Origin: Azolla caroliniana
Taxonomy: Eukaryota > Plantae > Polypodiophyta
DNA: 64,000 nt
Assembly (NCBI GenBank): GCA_043228905.1
Contig: JBHGNT010000017.1
Span: 11,780,001 to 11,844,000 of the forward strand
Reading direction: 5' to 3'
Positions 13,351-25,500 of this stretch are shown piece after piece. The notes under the pieces are model-generated. The model did not search any database. It saw only the letters and a program-made list of their open reading frames with translations, and was not told the DNA's origin. How positions within the stretch are numbered: the first letter of the stretch is position 1; each line of letters begins with the position of its first letter. Position numbers and translations under genes: made by a program.

Positions 13351-13847
13351 GAGAGATCCAGATGCGGGGACATATTTGTGAATATGTTTGCCAAGGGCCC
13401 TTGAGGCTATATTTGTAAATAGCCCGAAAGTCATATGTGTATAAATATGACTTAGGGCAAACAGTTTGTTGTTGTTGCTCATTCTTATGTTTTCAGCCGA
13501 GAGAGAGCAAAGTGTGAGCAGCCGAGAGAGAGAGAGAGAGAGAGAGGAAGGAAGAGGTCGACGCCTCTGTGTAATACCGCCGCCTGTGACGAAGGCAGTG
13601 AGCTCAAGGTTGTTGCCTTGTAGCTTCACCATTGTACATCTCTGTGTATAGTGATAGTTGGAGTTTGAGGACTCCCGTGGTTTTTCCATTTAGGGTTTTC
13701 CACGTAAAACATCCTGTGTACTCTTCTCTCTATTGTCTTCGTGCATTTCGTGTATTTCCCGTTTTTCTGTGAATCGATCCTATTCCTCGGTTGTGGCCGA
13801 GCACTGTTGTTCATCAAAGTGGTATCAGAGCGACGGTAACACAGAAA

Positions 13848-16800
13848 ATGGAAGGCGGCGGTAGTGGGCCTCCGGGCATGATGGTGTTGAACTCACAGAA
13901 CTACGCCGACTGGAAAATAAAGATGGAAGACCTTCTCATCGTCCGAGATCTGTATGAACCGATCGACAATGCCGAGATACCCAAGGGGGTAATAGAGTCG
14001 GAGTGGAAGCTCCTGAACCGGAAAGCCGTAGCGACGATCCGGCAATATGTAGATGTAAGTGTTCTGCAACATGTGGCGAACGACACCAACGCATATGAGA
14101 TGTGGAAGAAGCTGTCGGGCCTCTACGAGAGGAAGAATGCGTTGAACCGGACCTCCCTGATGAGGAAGATAGTGAACCTCAAGTACCGGGACGGCGAGAA
14201 TATGGTGGAACACGTGAGCACGTTCATGGGATTCGTGAACCAGCTTGCGGCGATCAAGTTCCCGTTGGAGGATGCAATGCAAGCCATCATTCTGATGTGT
14301 ACATTGCCGGAAAGCTGGGAGAACTTGGTGGTGACTCTCAGCACCTCCTGCACCGAAGATAACCTGTCTCTACAAACGGTAAAGACAAGCATTTTGAACG
14401 AAGAAGCGCGTCGGAGAGATAAAGAACCGGTTTCCGATCCGAAGATGCTGCTTACCGAATCGGATCGGGGAAGACAATGGAACCGGAGTCCGCAAAGACG
14501 GGAGAAGTCGGGGACCCGGTCGCAGTCAAGAGGAAGGCCCACATGCTTCCACTGTGGGAAGCCGGGGCACTTCCGGAAGAATTGTCGGCATTACCGAAAG
14601 GACAACGAAGCCGATGACACCGATTCGAAGAAGTCACCGGAGAGAAACGGTGCATACCGGGGAGCCACGGACCGGAGAGGTCCGGATCGGCGAGGGCAGG
14701 ACCGGAAAGGAACGACGGCACTCGCGGCAAGTGAAGAAGAGATAATGCTCATTACCGAAGAGAGGGAGCTGAACCTTGCCGGTGAAGAGATGACTTGGGT
14801 GGTCGATTCCGGAGCGTCGTTCCACCTGACCCCGGAGAAGAAATACTTCTCATCCTACACAGCCGGTGAGCACGGCTGTGTCCGGATGGGAAATGAAGGT
14901 ACATGCCGGATTGCCGGCATAGGAGACGTGTGGCTGATGACATCAACCGGATGCAAGATGCTGCTGAAGGATGTGCGACACGTTCCGGAGGTCCGATTGA
15001 ACCTGATCTCGGCCGGGAGGCTAGATGATGAAGGCTACACGGGTAGCATCCGGAACGGTGTCATGAAGTTCAGCAAGGGGAGCCTGATAGTGGCTCGGGC
15101 CCGGAAGGTCAACACACTGTACCTGATGAATTCCCGGCTATGTCCGGAGGAGCTGAACGTGGCAGCCGACACTGCCGGTGAGCTGTGGCACAAGAGACTG
15201 TGCCACATGAGTGAGAAGGGGATGAAGAGGCTTGCAGAAGACAACCTCATTCCAGTGAAGCATGTGCACCTGGAGAAGTGCACCGACTGCCTGGCCGGTA
15301 AGCAAAACCGGACCTCCTTCCACTCAAGGCCACCGACGAGACGTAGCGCACCATTGGAGTTGGTGCACACGGATGTGTGTCAGGTGGAAACGAAGTCACA
15401 TGGCGGAGCCCAGTACTTCGTGACTTTCATTGATGATCACAGCCGGAAGCTGTGGACAGCGCCGTTGAAGACAAAGGACCAAGTGTTGTTCGTCTTCAAA
15501 GAACTCCACGCGAGAGTGGAAAGGGAATCCGGCAAGAAGCTGAAAGCGATACGAGCGGATAACGGAGGGGAATACCGGGGGCAGTTCCAGGAGTACTGTC
15601 GCTCGAAGGGAATCCGGCTCGAGTTTACTGTGCCGAAGACGCCGGAACTAAACGAGCTGGCCGAGAGGATGAACCGGACCATAATGGAGAGGGTCCGGAG
15701 TATGCTGGCGCATGCGAAATTACCCAAGGGGTTTTGGGCTGAGGCAATGTCGACGGCGACGTATGTGATAAACCGATCACCCTCAGTACCTTTGGACGGA
15801 GACACGCCGCAGAAAGTGTGGACCGGTAAGGAAATGTCCTACCGGCATCTGAAGGTGTTCGGGTGTCTCGCATACGTGCATGTGGCAAAGGACCGGAGAG
15901 GAAAGCTAGATCCAAAGACCCGGCCATGCATATTCCTCGGTTACGGCGACGACGAGTTCGGCTACCGAGTATGGGACCCGGTCGACAAGAAGATATTCAG
16001 GAGTCGAGACATCATCTTCATGGAGGACAAGACACTCGCCGACTGGGAGTCGGAGAAGAAGATGAAGAGCTCCAAGTCGACCGGTGAGGATCAACTCTAC
16101 GAGGAGCAGTCCCGACCGGCAAGGGACCGGTTAGCACTCGAGGATCCGGCCGAAGACGGTGAAGAAACAGAACTGGCCGAAGAAGATGAAAATGATACCG
16201 GAACCGGCCCCGATCCCGAAACGGATTCGGATGAAGAAGAATCGGAAGAACCGGTTACCGAAGCTCCGGAACGGAGATATCCTCTGAGAGAGAGAAGGGC
16301 CCCCCGGAGATTTCCGGAACCAGAGCACGTGCTGCTAACCGACGAGGGGGAGCCGGAGAGCTTTGAAGAAGCAAAACATGACACCCAGAGCTGCAGGTGG
16401 TTGAGTGCCATGCAGGACGAGATGGATTCCCTGCATGAGAACCACACATATGAACTTGTGGAGTTGCCGAAAGGAAAGCGGGCACTTCGAAACAAGTGGG
16501 TGTTCAAGCTGAAACCGGGAGATGCCGGAAACCCCCCGAGATACAAAGCTAGGATCGTGGTGAAGGGGTTTCAGCAGAAGAAGGGCGTCGACTTCGACGA
16601 GATATTTGCCCCGGTAGTGAAGATGACCTCCATCCGGATGGTGCTGAGCATAGCGGCAAGCATGGACCTCGAGGTAGAACAGATGGACGTGAAGACGACA
16701 TTCCTTCACGGTGACCTCGATGAAGAGATCTACATGCAGCAACCGGAAGGTTTCGAGAAGAAAGGGAAGGAGCACCTGGTATGCCGGTTGAAAAAGAGCC

Positions 16801-17921
16801 TTTACGGACTGAAGCAGGCTCCCCGGCAATGGTACCGGAAATTCGACTCCTTCATGACCGACGAAGGGTACCTCAAAACGCAATCCGACCACTGCGTGTT
16901 TGTGAAGAAGTTCGAAGGAGGAGACTTCCTAATACTCCTCCTGTACGTGGACGACATGTTGATCGTCGGACGGGACCAGGTCAAGATACGGATGCTGAAG
17001 AAGGCTCTTCACCGAACCTTCTCAATGAAGGACTTGGGTCCGGCGAGGCAAATACTAGGGATGCACATCATCCGGGACCGGAAGAAGAAGCAGTTGTGGC
17101 TGTCACAGGAGAAGTACGTGACGAAGGTGCTTCACCGGTTCAACATGTCGGAAGCAAGACCGGTCGGATCGACCCTCCCGACAAACTGCAAGTTGTCCAA
17201 CAAGCAAAGTCCCAAGACAAAGGCTGAAAAGGAGGATATGATGAAAGTGCCGTATGCCTCAGCCGTCGGGAGCTTGATGTACGCCATGGTGTGTACGAGA
17301 CCGGACATCGGATATGCAGTCGGAGTGGTGAGCCGGTACATGAGCAATCCCGGCAAAGAGCATTGGAACGCGGCCAAGTGGATACTCCGATACCTGAAGG
17401 GCACGGCAAACGTGTGCCTCCGATTCGGCTCCGGTAAGCCCGAACTCGACGGCTTTACTGATTCGGATATGTCGGCTGATGCAGATACCAGCCGGTCCAC
17501 ATCAGGGTATGTGATGACGTATGCTGGGGGAGCTGTTTCATGGCAGTCGAGGCTGCAGAAGACGGTTGCGCTGTCAACTACGGAGGCGGAGTACATGGCG
17601 GCTGTTGAAGCCGGCAAGGAAGTAATATGGATGAAGGACTTCATTAGAGAGCTCGGTATCCGGCAGGAGGAGTACCGACTTTACTGTGACAGTCAGAGTG
17701 CAATCCACCTTGCGAAGAACGCGGCCTATCACTCCCGGACGAAGCACATCCAGCGAAGATATCACTGGATCCGGGAAAGGATAGAAGACAAGGAGTTCGT
17801 GCTGACAAAGATCCACACGGACGAGAACGGGTCGGATATGCTGACCAAGGTCCTCACACCCGACAAGTTGGAAGCATGCCGGAAGAGGATCGGATTGGAA
17901 AGACATCCCATGCCGAAGTGA
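13848..17921 (+). CDS. Copia gag-pol polyprotein, 1357 aa, uninterrupted
   Basis: ATG at 13848 after the PBS; CFHCGKPGHFRKNC, WVVDSGASFH, LWHKRLCH..CTDC, LVHTDVC / IRADNGGEY, LLLYVDDML, TDSD / STTEAEY / CDSQSA. Confidence 0.96.
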   Translation: MEGGGSGPPGMMVLNSQNYADWKIKMEDLLIVRDLYEPIDNAEIPKGVIESEWKLLNRKAVATIRQYVDVSVLQHVANDTNAYEMWKKLSGLYERKNALNRTSLMRKIVNLKYRDGENMVEHVSTFMGFVNQLAAIKFPLEDAMQAIILMCTLPESWENLVVTLSTSCTEDNLSLQTVKTSILNEEARRRDKEPVSDPKMLLTESDRGRQWNRSPQRREKSGTRSQSRGRPTCFHCGKPGHFRKNCRHYRKDNEADDTDSKKSPERNGAYRGATDRRGPDRRGQDRKGTTALAASEEEIMLITEERELNLAGEEMTWVVDSGASFHLTPEKKYFSSYTAGEHGCVRMGNEGTCRIAGIGDVWLMTSTGCKMLLKDVRHVPEVRLNLISAGRLDDEGYTGSIRNGVMKFSKGSLIVARARKVNTLYLMNSRLCPEELNVAADTAGELWHKRLCHMSEKGMKRLAEDNLIPVKHVHLEKCTDCLAGKQNRTSFHSRPPTRRSAPLELVHTDVCQVETKSHGGAQYFVTFIDDHSRKLWTAPLKTKDQVLFVFKELHARVERESGKKLKAIRADNGGEYRGQFQEYCRSKGIRLEFTVPKTPELNELAERMNRTIMERVRSMLAHAKLPKGFWAEAMSTATYVINRSPSVPLDGDTPQKVWTGKEMSYRHLKVFGCLAYVHVAKDRRGKLDPKTRPCIFLGYGDDEFGYRVWDPVDKKIFRSRDIIFMEDKTLADWESEKKMKSSKSTGEDQLYEEQSRPARDRLALEDPAEDGEETELAEEDENDTGTGPDPETDSDEEESEEPVTEAPERRYPLRERRAPRRFPEPEHVLLTDEGEPESFEEAKHDTQSCRWLSAMQDEMDSLHENHTYELVELPKGKRALRNKWVFKLKPGDAGNPPRYKARIVVKGFQQKKGVDFDEIFAPVVKMTSIRMVLSIAASMDLEVEQMDVKTTFLHGDLDEEIYMQQPEGFEKKGKEHLVCRLKKSLYGLKQAPRQWYRKFDSFMTDEGYLKTQSDHCVFVKKFEGGDFLILLLYVDDMLIVGRDQVKIRMLKKALHRTFSMKDLGPARQILGMHIIRDRKKKQLWLSQEKYVTKVLHRFNMSEARPVGSTLPTNCKLSNKQSPKTKAEKEDMMKVPYASAVGSLMYAMVCTRPDIGYAVGVVSRYMSNPGKEHWNAAKWILRYLKGTANVCLRFGSGKPELDGFTDSDMSADADTSRSTSGYVMTYAGGAVSWQSRLQKTVALSTTEAEYMAAVEAGKEVIWMKDFIRELGIRQEEYRLYCDSQSAIHLAKNAAYHSRTKHIQRRYHWIRERIEDKEFVLTKIHTDENGSDMLTKVLTPDKLEACRKRIGLERHPMPK

Positions 17922-20430
17922 AGGGGGAGTTTGTTGGGATTTCGGTCCCTCCGGATGGGATGTCCGAAGATGAATGACGGCAAGCCCGAAGGCTGTTACG
18001 GAGCCGGATGTTGAAGACCCCGGTTACGGTACCGGATGATGAAGAGTACCCGGCATGAAGCCGGATGAAGAGTACCCGGCTACGGAGCCGGATGCTGAAG
18101 ACCCCGGTTACGGAGCCGGATGACGTATGTACCCGGAGAGAGATCCAGATGCGGGGACATATTTGTGAATATGTTTGCCAAGGGCCCTTGAGGCTATATT
18201 TGTAAATAGCCCGAAAGTCATATGTGTATAAATATGACTTAGGGCAAACAGTTTGTTGTTGTTGCTCATTCTTATGTTTTCAGCCGAGAGAGAGCAAAGT
18301 GTGAGCAGCCGAGAGAGAGAGAGAGAGAGAGAGGAAGGAAGAGGTCGACGCCTCTGTGTAATACCGCCGCCTGTGGCGAAGGCAGTGAGCTCAAGGTTGT
18401 TGCCTTGTAGCTTCACCATTGTACATCTCTGTGTATAGTGATAGTTGGAGTTTGAGGACTCCCGTGGTTTTTCCATTTAGGGTTTTCCACGTAAAACATC
18501 CTGTGTACTCTTCTCTCTATTGTCTTCGTGCATTTCGTGTATTTCCCGTTTTTCTGTGAATCGATCCTATTCCTCGGTTGTGGCCGAGCACTGTTGTTCA
18601 TCAGTTGCGTGGAGTAGCAAAAAGCAGCAAAAAGTGGCTCTTTCGAGTACTGAAGCTGAATACGGGGGCGCTACTTGTGAAGCCATTTGGCTTCAACGAT
18701 TGCTGCAAGACCTGCAAATCGAGGTGCTGACCCCGATCCTGAGCTACTACGACAACATAAGCAACATACAGCTTGCCAAGAACCCTGTATTCCATGCTTG
18801 CACAAAGCACATAGAAGTGCACTATCACTTCGTGCGTGAGCGGGTCCTGAGCGGTGATGTTGAACTTCGGTATGTTCAGACGGATCGACAAGTTCCCGAT
18901 ATTTTCACCAAGCAGCTCGGATTGGACAAGTTGCACCACTTCACCGAAATGCTTGGTGTTCAGCATCTCGACGTTCACACTTGAGGGGGAGAACGGGCAA
19001 AGACATTGGAACAAGCGAAGGCAAAGAAACTGCCAATTGCACCAGTAAGGGAAGAACCAACAAAAGGGGAGACAAGAGGAAAAAGGAAGCTGAGTCGACA
19101 GAGGAGGTCAACACATCCGAACCAGTCGGAGCGAGCGGTTGCGGCGGCAGAGTCGAGAAGAACAGAGTTGACCGGAAGAAAAAGGCCAAGACCAGGACAT
19201 GGTCCGATGTGGTGAAGGGCCTGAAACCGGAAGACGAGTTGGAGAACACCAACTCGGACAAGAGCCAGAACGAATCGGGAGCGACCGATTGAGACAAGAG
19301 CTGGAACGAGTTAGAGGCAACCGAATCGGTTCAACACACGGATTCGGAAAAGCTAGATCAACTAAAGCCCAAGAGGACGAGAAGGCAACGGAAGTCGACG
19401 CCAACATGGAGGAATCGATGGTTCGACAAGCACCGGAGTCACAACAGTGAGGGAGCTGAATTCGGCCTGTTGAGCAGACAAGTCGACCGAGGAGGTCGAG
19501 GCGCGCAGAACCAAAGGGGTCACGGCAAATGAGACCGGACCAGACGAGGAGCGCAAGCAAGGCGGAGCAACGCTAGAAGGAGCATTGTGGAAGGAACGAC
19601 TACCACAGACATTGACACCACGATCCAACCTCAAGTTGAGCTTGAGGGGGAGTGTTGAGCAGCAAGCTCAACCGGATTTCTGAGCCGGATCGGTGAGACG
19701 GATCGGTGAGCCGGTGAGCTGGGGAGCCAGTTAGCCGGATCAAGCAGTAACTGGAAGCCTAGTAGTAGTCTAGACTACTAGGTAACAATAGTCTCATAGT
19801 CAGTGTTAGACGCTCGTGTGAGCATTGAAGTACATTGTACTTTTGTCAATCCTTCAAGGACTTGTTTAAATAGTGTTGTTGAGCACAGAGAATGTACAAA
19901 GTGTTGATAATTTTTTGAATATAGATCTCTTGTTTTGATCTCACTCTCTGTGTCTCCTGCATACCTGCTATATTTTATGTATAACTATTTATCTTCTTTT
20001 CTGCTAATACCCGACAAGCCGGTTTGTCTAACGATTCCACACGCTAGTTTTCTCAGGCATAAATAGTTTGAGCGATCACAAGTCCCCACAAGAAAGTAGA
20101 GCGCGTAGATTGTGAGGAGAAGCAACATGTGTCACACCTAGTGGCGCATGTAAACTAGTACTACTCGACAAGAAGGACAAGCGTCAGATACAAGACTTCG
20201 AGAAGATACTGAAAGAAGAAAACATAATAGAAGAAGAAGAATTTGTGACTCATATTATGGAAGAAGCCTCATTTAACGACACCATCGGCGAAATCGAGGA
20301 CATCGTGGACTTGAGCTATCTTCACGATCATTACGTGATTTCGGTTAGCTCCATCAACATGTATGCTATCATCGATGAATATCATGAAAGCATCTTGATG
20401 AAGGAAGCTGCAGCTGACGTGAAAAACAAG

Positions 20431-22564
20431 TTGAATACGAACGTTATGGGGTAAGACAATGTGATAAGTAGATAACCCAACTCACTTAAGGATTTCAAAT
20501 GGTCGACAATATCGTGGGGTTAACTTAGCGCACTTGCCCATAGACAATGACATAGAGTCAGTAGGGAAACGCAAAAAAACTTTTTGACCAATAGTAAATG
20601 CACAAGACGTCTATCCTGATCAGCATAAAATTGAGCACGATATTAAGCTATCTTGACATTTTCTTTGGCAATATGCAACATTTGGTTCATATCTTGCAAA
20701 AAATTGTGTACTGTCTAATTTATCACGATGAATCGTGACATCAACTAGGGCACGTGGCTGAAAACCATACATCAACATAAAAGGACTATATGTTTCGAGC
20801 TATTATAGACAAATTCTAAGATAGGAAGGTATTTCTCCCACTTAGAAGGGGTTTTTGCTACAAAAGCTCGAAGCATGTCCTCAATAATTTGATTAATTCA
20901 TTCAGTTTTTCCATCAAACTGAGGATGATCTACGGAACTCATGCTCAACATAGTTTCTAGCTTCTTAAAGACCTAAGTCCAAAAGTCACTAATAAACTTG
21001 GAATCTCGATCATGAACAATATCCATCAGTAATCCATAAAAATGAAATAACTCATCAATAAATTGATAAGCCAATTGTTGAGCAGTTACCGTGGTTTTGG
21101 TAGGAATAAATCTAAGCCAATTTTGTTAGTCGGTCAAAAACAACCCAAATGTCATCATGACCCCTCTGTGTACGAGGTAAACTAACAATAAAATCCATAG
21201 AGATACTTTCCCATTTGTTGTTGGGAATATCTAAGGGATGTAAAAAACCAATGGCTTTAAGTCATTCCGACTTATTAACCTGACATTGTAAGCATTGAGT
21301 TACGTATTTATGCACGTTTTAGGCTAGAAAAAAGTACTCGAGATGAGAACGAGTGTGTGTTGTATTCCACGATGACTAGCAGATGGTGCATCATGACATT
21401 CATGAAGAATTTTCTATTTTACTTTTGAAAATTTGGAACATAGACCTTTCCACTACAATAGAGCAAACTATTTGTAATGTCAAAGGTCGCCTTCGAGGGT
21501 AGGGTTCTAGTAACGACATCTAAACCAGATTTGTCTTTCGTCCAATATTTCGAGAAATAACTGTCATCAAGGTATTTCCCTCGAAGGTGATCTAAAAGAT
21601 CAGATTTTATTTCCGTGAAGCTAAGCATGACAACTTCTTTAATGCGACGAAGAGCATCCGCAACAGTGTTCATAGAACCCTTGCAATACCATATGGTAAA
21701 ATCAAAATCTTACATAAGGTCTGCCCAACAACCTTTACGAGCAACAACATTTGGTTGGTCACAAAAATACTTCAAGGATTGATGGTACGTTGTAACCACA
21801 AATTGATTTCCATAAAGATAATGCCTCCATGCTTTTAGTGCATGTATTATCGCGAACAACTCTTTCTCTTGAACCGAATACTACGATTGAGTAGCTCATC
21901 AAGATTTTTACTTTCAAAAGCAATAGAGTTGGAGCCTCACACACATGCTCTTTGAGTGTCTCGAATGATTTGTCAAGTTGTTCATTCCATGAAATTGGTT
22001 TGATAGACTTATGTGGATGACCTTTTAAAAGGTCAATTAATGGCATAGTCAATTTAGAATAATTACGAATTGATTTTCGTAAAAATCCAACAAATCCTAA
22101 GAATGATCGAAGTTCACGAATATTACGAGGAATGGGCCAAAGTTTAACTTTTTCAATACGAGAAGATTCAATTTCAATGCCATTTTCCGTAATTAAATGA
22201 CCTAGGTACACAACAGATTTTTTGGAAAAAATCACATTTTGATTGTTTTGCATAGAAAGAGTTGTCACGGAACTTTTGCAAAACAAATCTAACATGTTGA
22301 ACATGATCTTGCAAGGTACGGCTATATATGTGAATATCATCCAAGAAGAAGACAACAAAATCGTTGAGTTGACCTCGGAAAATGTCATTCATCACTTGTT
22401 GGAATGTGGCTAGAGCATTAATCAATCCAAAAGGCATTACTAAAAACTCATAATGACCATAGCACGTATGAAAAGCGGTTTTAGGAAGATCATCCTCGGC
22501 AATGCGAATCTGATGATAACCTGTTCGTAAGTCAATTTCTGTAAAATATTGGGCCCCATGCAAA
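20431..22564 (-). pseudogene. Degenerate AT-rich Ty3/gypsy pol (RT, RNase H, integrase), chromovirus-like
   Basis: IDLRTGYHQIRI..KTAFHTCYGHYEFLVMPFGL..FFLDDIHIYS (22174-22563), LRSFLGFVG (21759-22388), NTVADAL (21419-21673); integrase remnants run down to ~20500. Confidence 0.85.
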
Positions 22565-25500
22565 TGTTCAATGACATCATCGAAACGAGGAAACGGTGTC
22601 GTGAAGAAAACCGGCCAGAAGCGGAATCAGTGAAGCAAGGCGCATGAGTCGGCCCTACACTTTTCCACACTAATTACTACCTTGTACATAACTAGGAGTA
22701 GGACGGTGGGTGTAAATAGACTAGATGTGACACATTGAATGTCTAGAAAATCGAAGAGTATCTCTGTCCGAAAGGACAGAGAATAAATTGATGAAAACAA
22801 GGGCGCAACCGCCTGCCCGATGACCTATAAAAGGAAAGGAAGAAGGCAGACGAAGTATCGCATTTTGAGGAGCAAGGACGAAGTGTTGTCGGACTGGGAC
22901 TGAGCTCTCTGCTCCGTCGCTCGTCAATCTCTATAGGATTTTAGACTGAGTTGCCTCTGCTTCGTGGACAGCCCGTGTGCTTCTAGTAGAGGCTCCACAG
23001 TGCAGTCGGGTTGTGTGCGTGCGTGATCATTGTGTGTGTGTTCGCCCGAGTTGGCTCCGTTGTCAGCTTGCCGGTTGTAATCATTATAGATTTTATAATT
23101 AAGACTTTGTGCTCTCTCTCTTTCCCGCCCTGTGTTTCCGCAAGCTGCTCTCTCTCTCTCTTCTTTCTCATGCTCCTTCGTTCAAGGCCCCCGCGGTGCC
23201 GCCTCTTTCCACACACGAAGAGCATAACAACTTGACATATTTGGTGAACTCGACATGAAACATGCGGCAGAGGAGTGAAGGATGAGGGGATCCGAGCTTG
23301 CTGAAGCTATGGTCATAGCCGTAGACCGGCTAGTGAGCGCTCGTGGGGGAACGGGTGCCCTCGAAAGGGCCATTGAGTCGATCGTCGGCACCATAGGTCG
23401 ATTCGGTGGGAAGAATGCCACGAGCTACTTGGAGGCCTACCGGGCCGAAATCATCATGAGGGATAGCTCGGCGGACAGGCGGCTGTCCGGATTCCCTCAG
23501 GTGGTGATGCCAAGCATCTACGTAGAGGTGCTGGAAGTGCTGGCCGGATGCTAGACTTGGGAGGAGTTCGAGCTGCGGCTCCTCGAGATGTATGGGTTCG
23601 ATGACTCGCTTCAGCTATCAAAGTGAGACTTCATGGCGTGGGTTGAGAGCCCTAGGAAGGGGAGGAACACGTCGGCGCTCCTCAAGGAGTTCGAGAAACG
23701 GTTCGCACGGATGTCAACGATGGACCGGACCGTGCTCTACACAAGCCGGGTACTACTATTCGTCAAGTCGGTGGATGCCATCGACCGGGAGAAGGTGGGT
23801 CTCATGTTGGAAACGGATGAAGGGCTCACAGCAGACTGGGCCATAGTAAGGAGGGTCTGCGGTCGTTTAGACAAGTGGCGCGAGTGGAGCGACGAGGGCT
23901 CGTCGGCAACAAGGCCAGTCTCGGCGAGGGAGCCCGAGGAGCCGGTGTCGATACCAGCTAGGAAGGAAGAAACTCAGAGTTGGCTTGAGATGGGCTCAAC
24001 CCCGAGCGGAGTGGTCAAAGGTCCCTCCGGAGGCGCAGCTCTAGAAGAGCTATCGTAGATGGTGTGAGATCTTCAAATCGCACAGGCTCGGAGGGACAGT
24101 GGCGAACAATGTCGTGACCAAAGTCCGCCGGCAAGGCAACGGTGCATGTGATGCGACGCGCTCGGCCACATCAGGAAAGAATGCGTGGATTTCGCCAAGG
24201 CATTCAGGACCAATGTGGTGTACCTTTGGAACGGGAGGGTGCACGCGAGCGAGACCCGGAAAGCCTCAGAGTTAAATATGGGGCACGACGGAATGAAGCG
24301 GTTGATGGAAGAGGCCGCGACACGACATGCATAGGTCGTTAACTACTCAGCATCAACAGGAATCCGGGTTGGGGGTGATGAGGCCCGGAAAGCGACGGAC
24401 TCCGGATTCTGGCCGCTGGTGCTAGAGGGTCTCTCCGGAGTACAACTGAAGAAGGAAGAGGCAGACCGCGTGGAACAGCGGATTCGGGAGGTCACTGGAT
24501 GGGGCGACCCGGTCGAAGAAAAGACTGGCTTCGTGGCAGCCGCATGATAGAACTATGAGGTTCTGGTAGGAGACAAGCGTGCGGGAAAGGCTAGACGGGG
24601 CAGCCCCTCGCAGAAGTATGAGACCTGGTTTGGAACAAGGCCGAATGAGGCCGCCAACGTCGGCGCACCGGAGAAGAGGAAGCAAGCCGGTTTCCGGCTA
24701 AGCACCGACATTGAACGAACAACGGACCTGTAGAAGGTCTTCGAAGAGAGAATTCTTGACAGCAAGGTCGAGCTGTCGTTACGGGAAGTGTTGGGAATCA
24801 CCAAGAAGGATTTCCACGACTCCATCCTGGACATGGTGAAGTGGAAGAGGCTCTCAACGGAGGCGGAACCGGAGAGGCCAGTGGAAATGCAGACGACGCA
24901 TTTGGAAGCCACGGCCCTAGAGGATGAGTTGGTGTAAACCCACTACGTGAAGCCACAATGGGCTAGGGCCACAACAGAAACCCTTGTTCGGATCGGCGAC
25001 GTCCAGGAGCCGGTGGTGGCATTGGTAGACCACGGTTCGTAGATCAATCTGATGTCCATGGACTTCTATGAAAAGGGGAAATGACCGATCAACACCAAGC
25101 ATGGGTGGAAGATACGCACAGCGACGCGCACTACAAAGGACCTTCATGGTGCGTGCCCGAACGTATGCGTGAAGATCGGCGACGTCGAGATAGATCAACA
25201 TTTCTTCGTGCAGGAGACTTCCTCGCACCCGGTAATACTCAGCGAACCGTACATTACGGCAGGCAAGACGATCGACATTCCGTCCAATTCATGACAGTGT
25301 AACCCAACCACGAGCGAAACCGTGAGACCCTCGGCGGCGACAACTGAGGGGATTTTTAGAGAGGGCTATCAAGGCATGGACCGCGATAGTCCGGACACCT
25401 CGGAAAAACCCCACACATGTATTATAGGTAGGAAATTTTGACTCTCCAAAAACGGAGATTGTACGTTAACCAGTATCAGTAGCCAGGAGAGGAAGCGAGG

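Larger units (their letters stand above)
13145..18603 (+). mobile_element. Young full-length Tnt1/Tork-like Ty1/copia element
   Basis: 672-bp LTRs 13145-13816 and 17932-18603 with one substitution seen; TSD GTTGC at 13140-13144 and 18604-18608; PBS TGGTATCAGAGC 13820-13831; PPT GAAGGGGGAG near 17920. Confidence 0.97.
9276..18984 (+). pseudogene. Copia gag-pol pseudogene (9276-13144 and 18609-18984)
   Basis: CWFCGKKGHKESEC knuckle, [11 protein letters not shown] protease, LIHSDVWGP integrase, [14 protein letters not shown] and [10 protein letters not shown] RNase H; many stops and frameshifts. Confidence 0.9.
8764..20055 (+). mobile_element. Old, degenerate full-length Ty1/copia element carrying a nested copia
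   Basis: LTRs 8764-9170 and 19653-20055 are homologous with many substitutions and indels. TSD GGCAT at 8759-8763 and 20056-20060; PBS TGGTATCAGAG at 9171; PPT 19645-19652. Confidence 0.93.
8391..20430 (+). pseudogene. Fragment of a Ylt1-like gypsy (protease end, frameshift site, pol N-terminus) at 8391-8763 and 20061-~20430, split by copia 8764-20055
   Basis: DLYGACPNIKVTIEDVEMDQHFFVQE matches DLHGACPNVCVKIGDVEIDQHFFVQE near 25140-25220. SFNDTIGEI..VSSINMYAII (20245-20454) matches SFHNTLGEL..VSSMGMYEVI (25517-26104). Confidence 0.75.

Noticed and set aside
13321-13817. ORFs repeated at 18108-18601, 56041-56572 and 60761-61292
   Set aside because: They lie within LTRs and cross (GA)n tracts; the duplication reflects LTR identity, not genes.
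13893-17983. Many 60-185 aa antisense and alternate-frame ORFs over the copia gag-pol, mirrored at 56367-60697
   Set aside because: Shadow ORFs of a GC-rich coding strand; they recur only because the two elements are close relatives.
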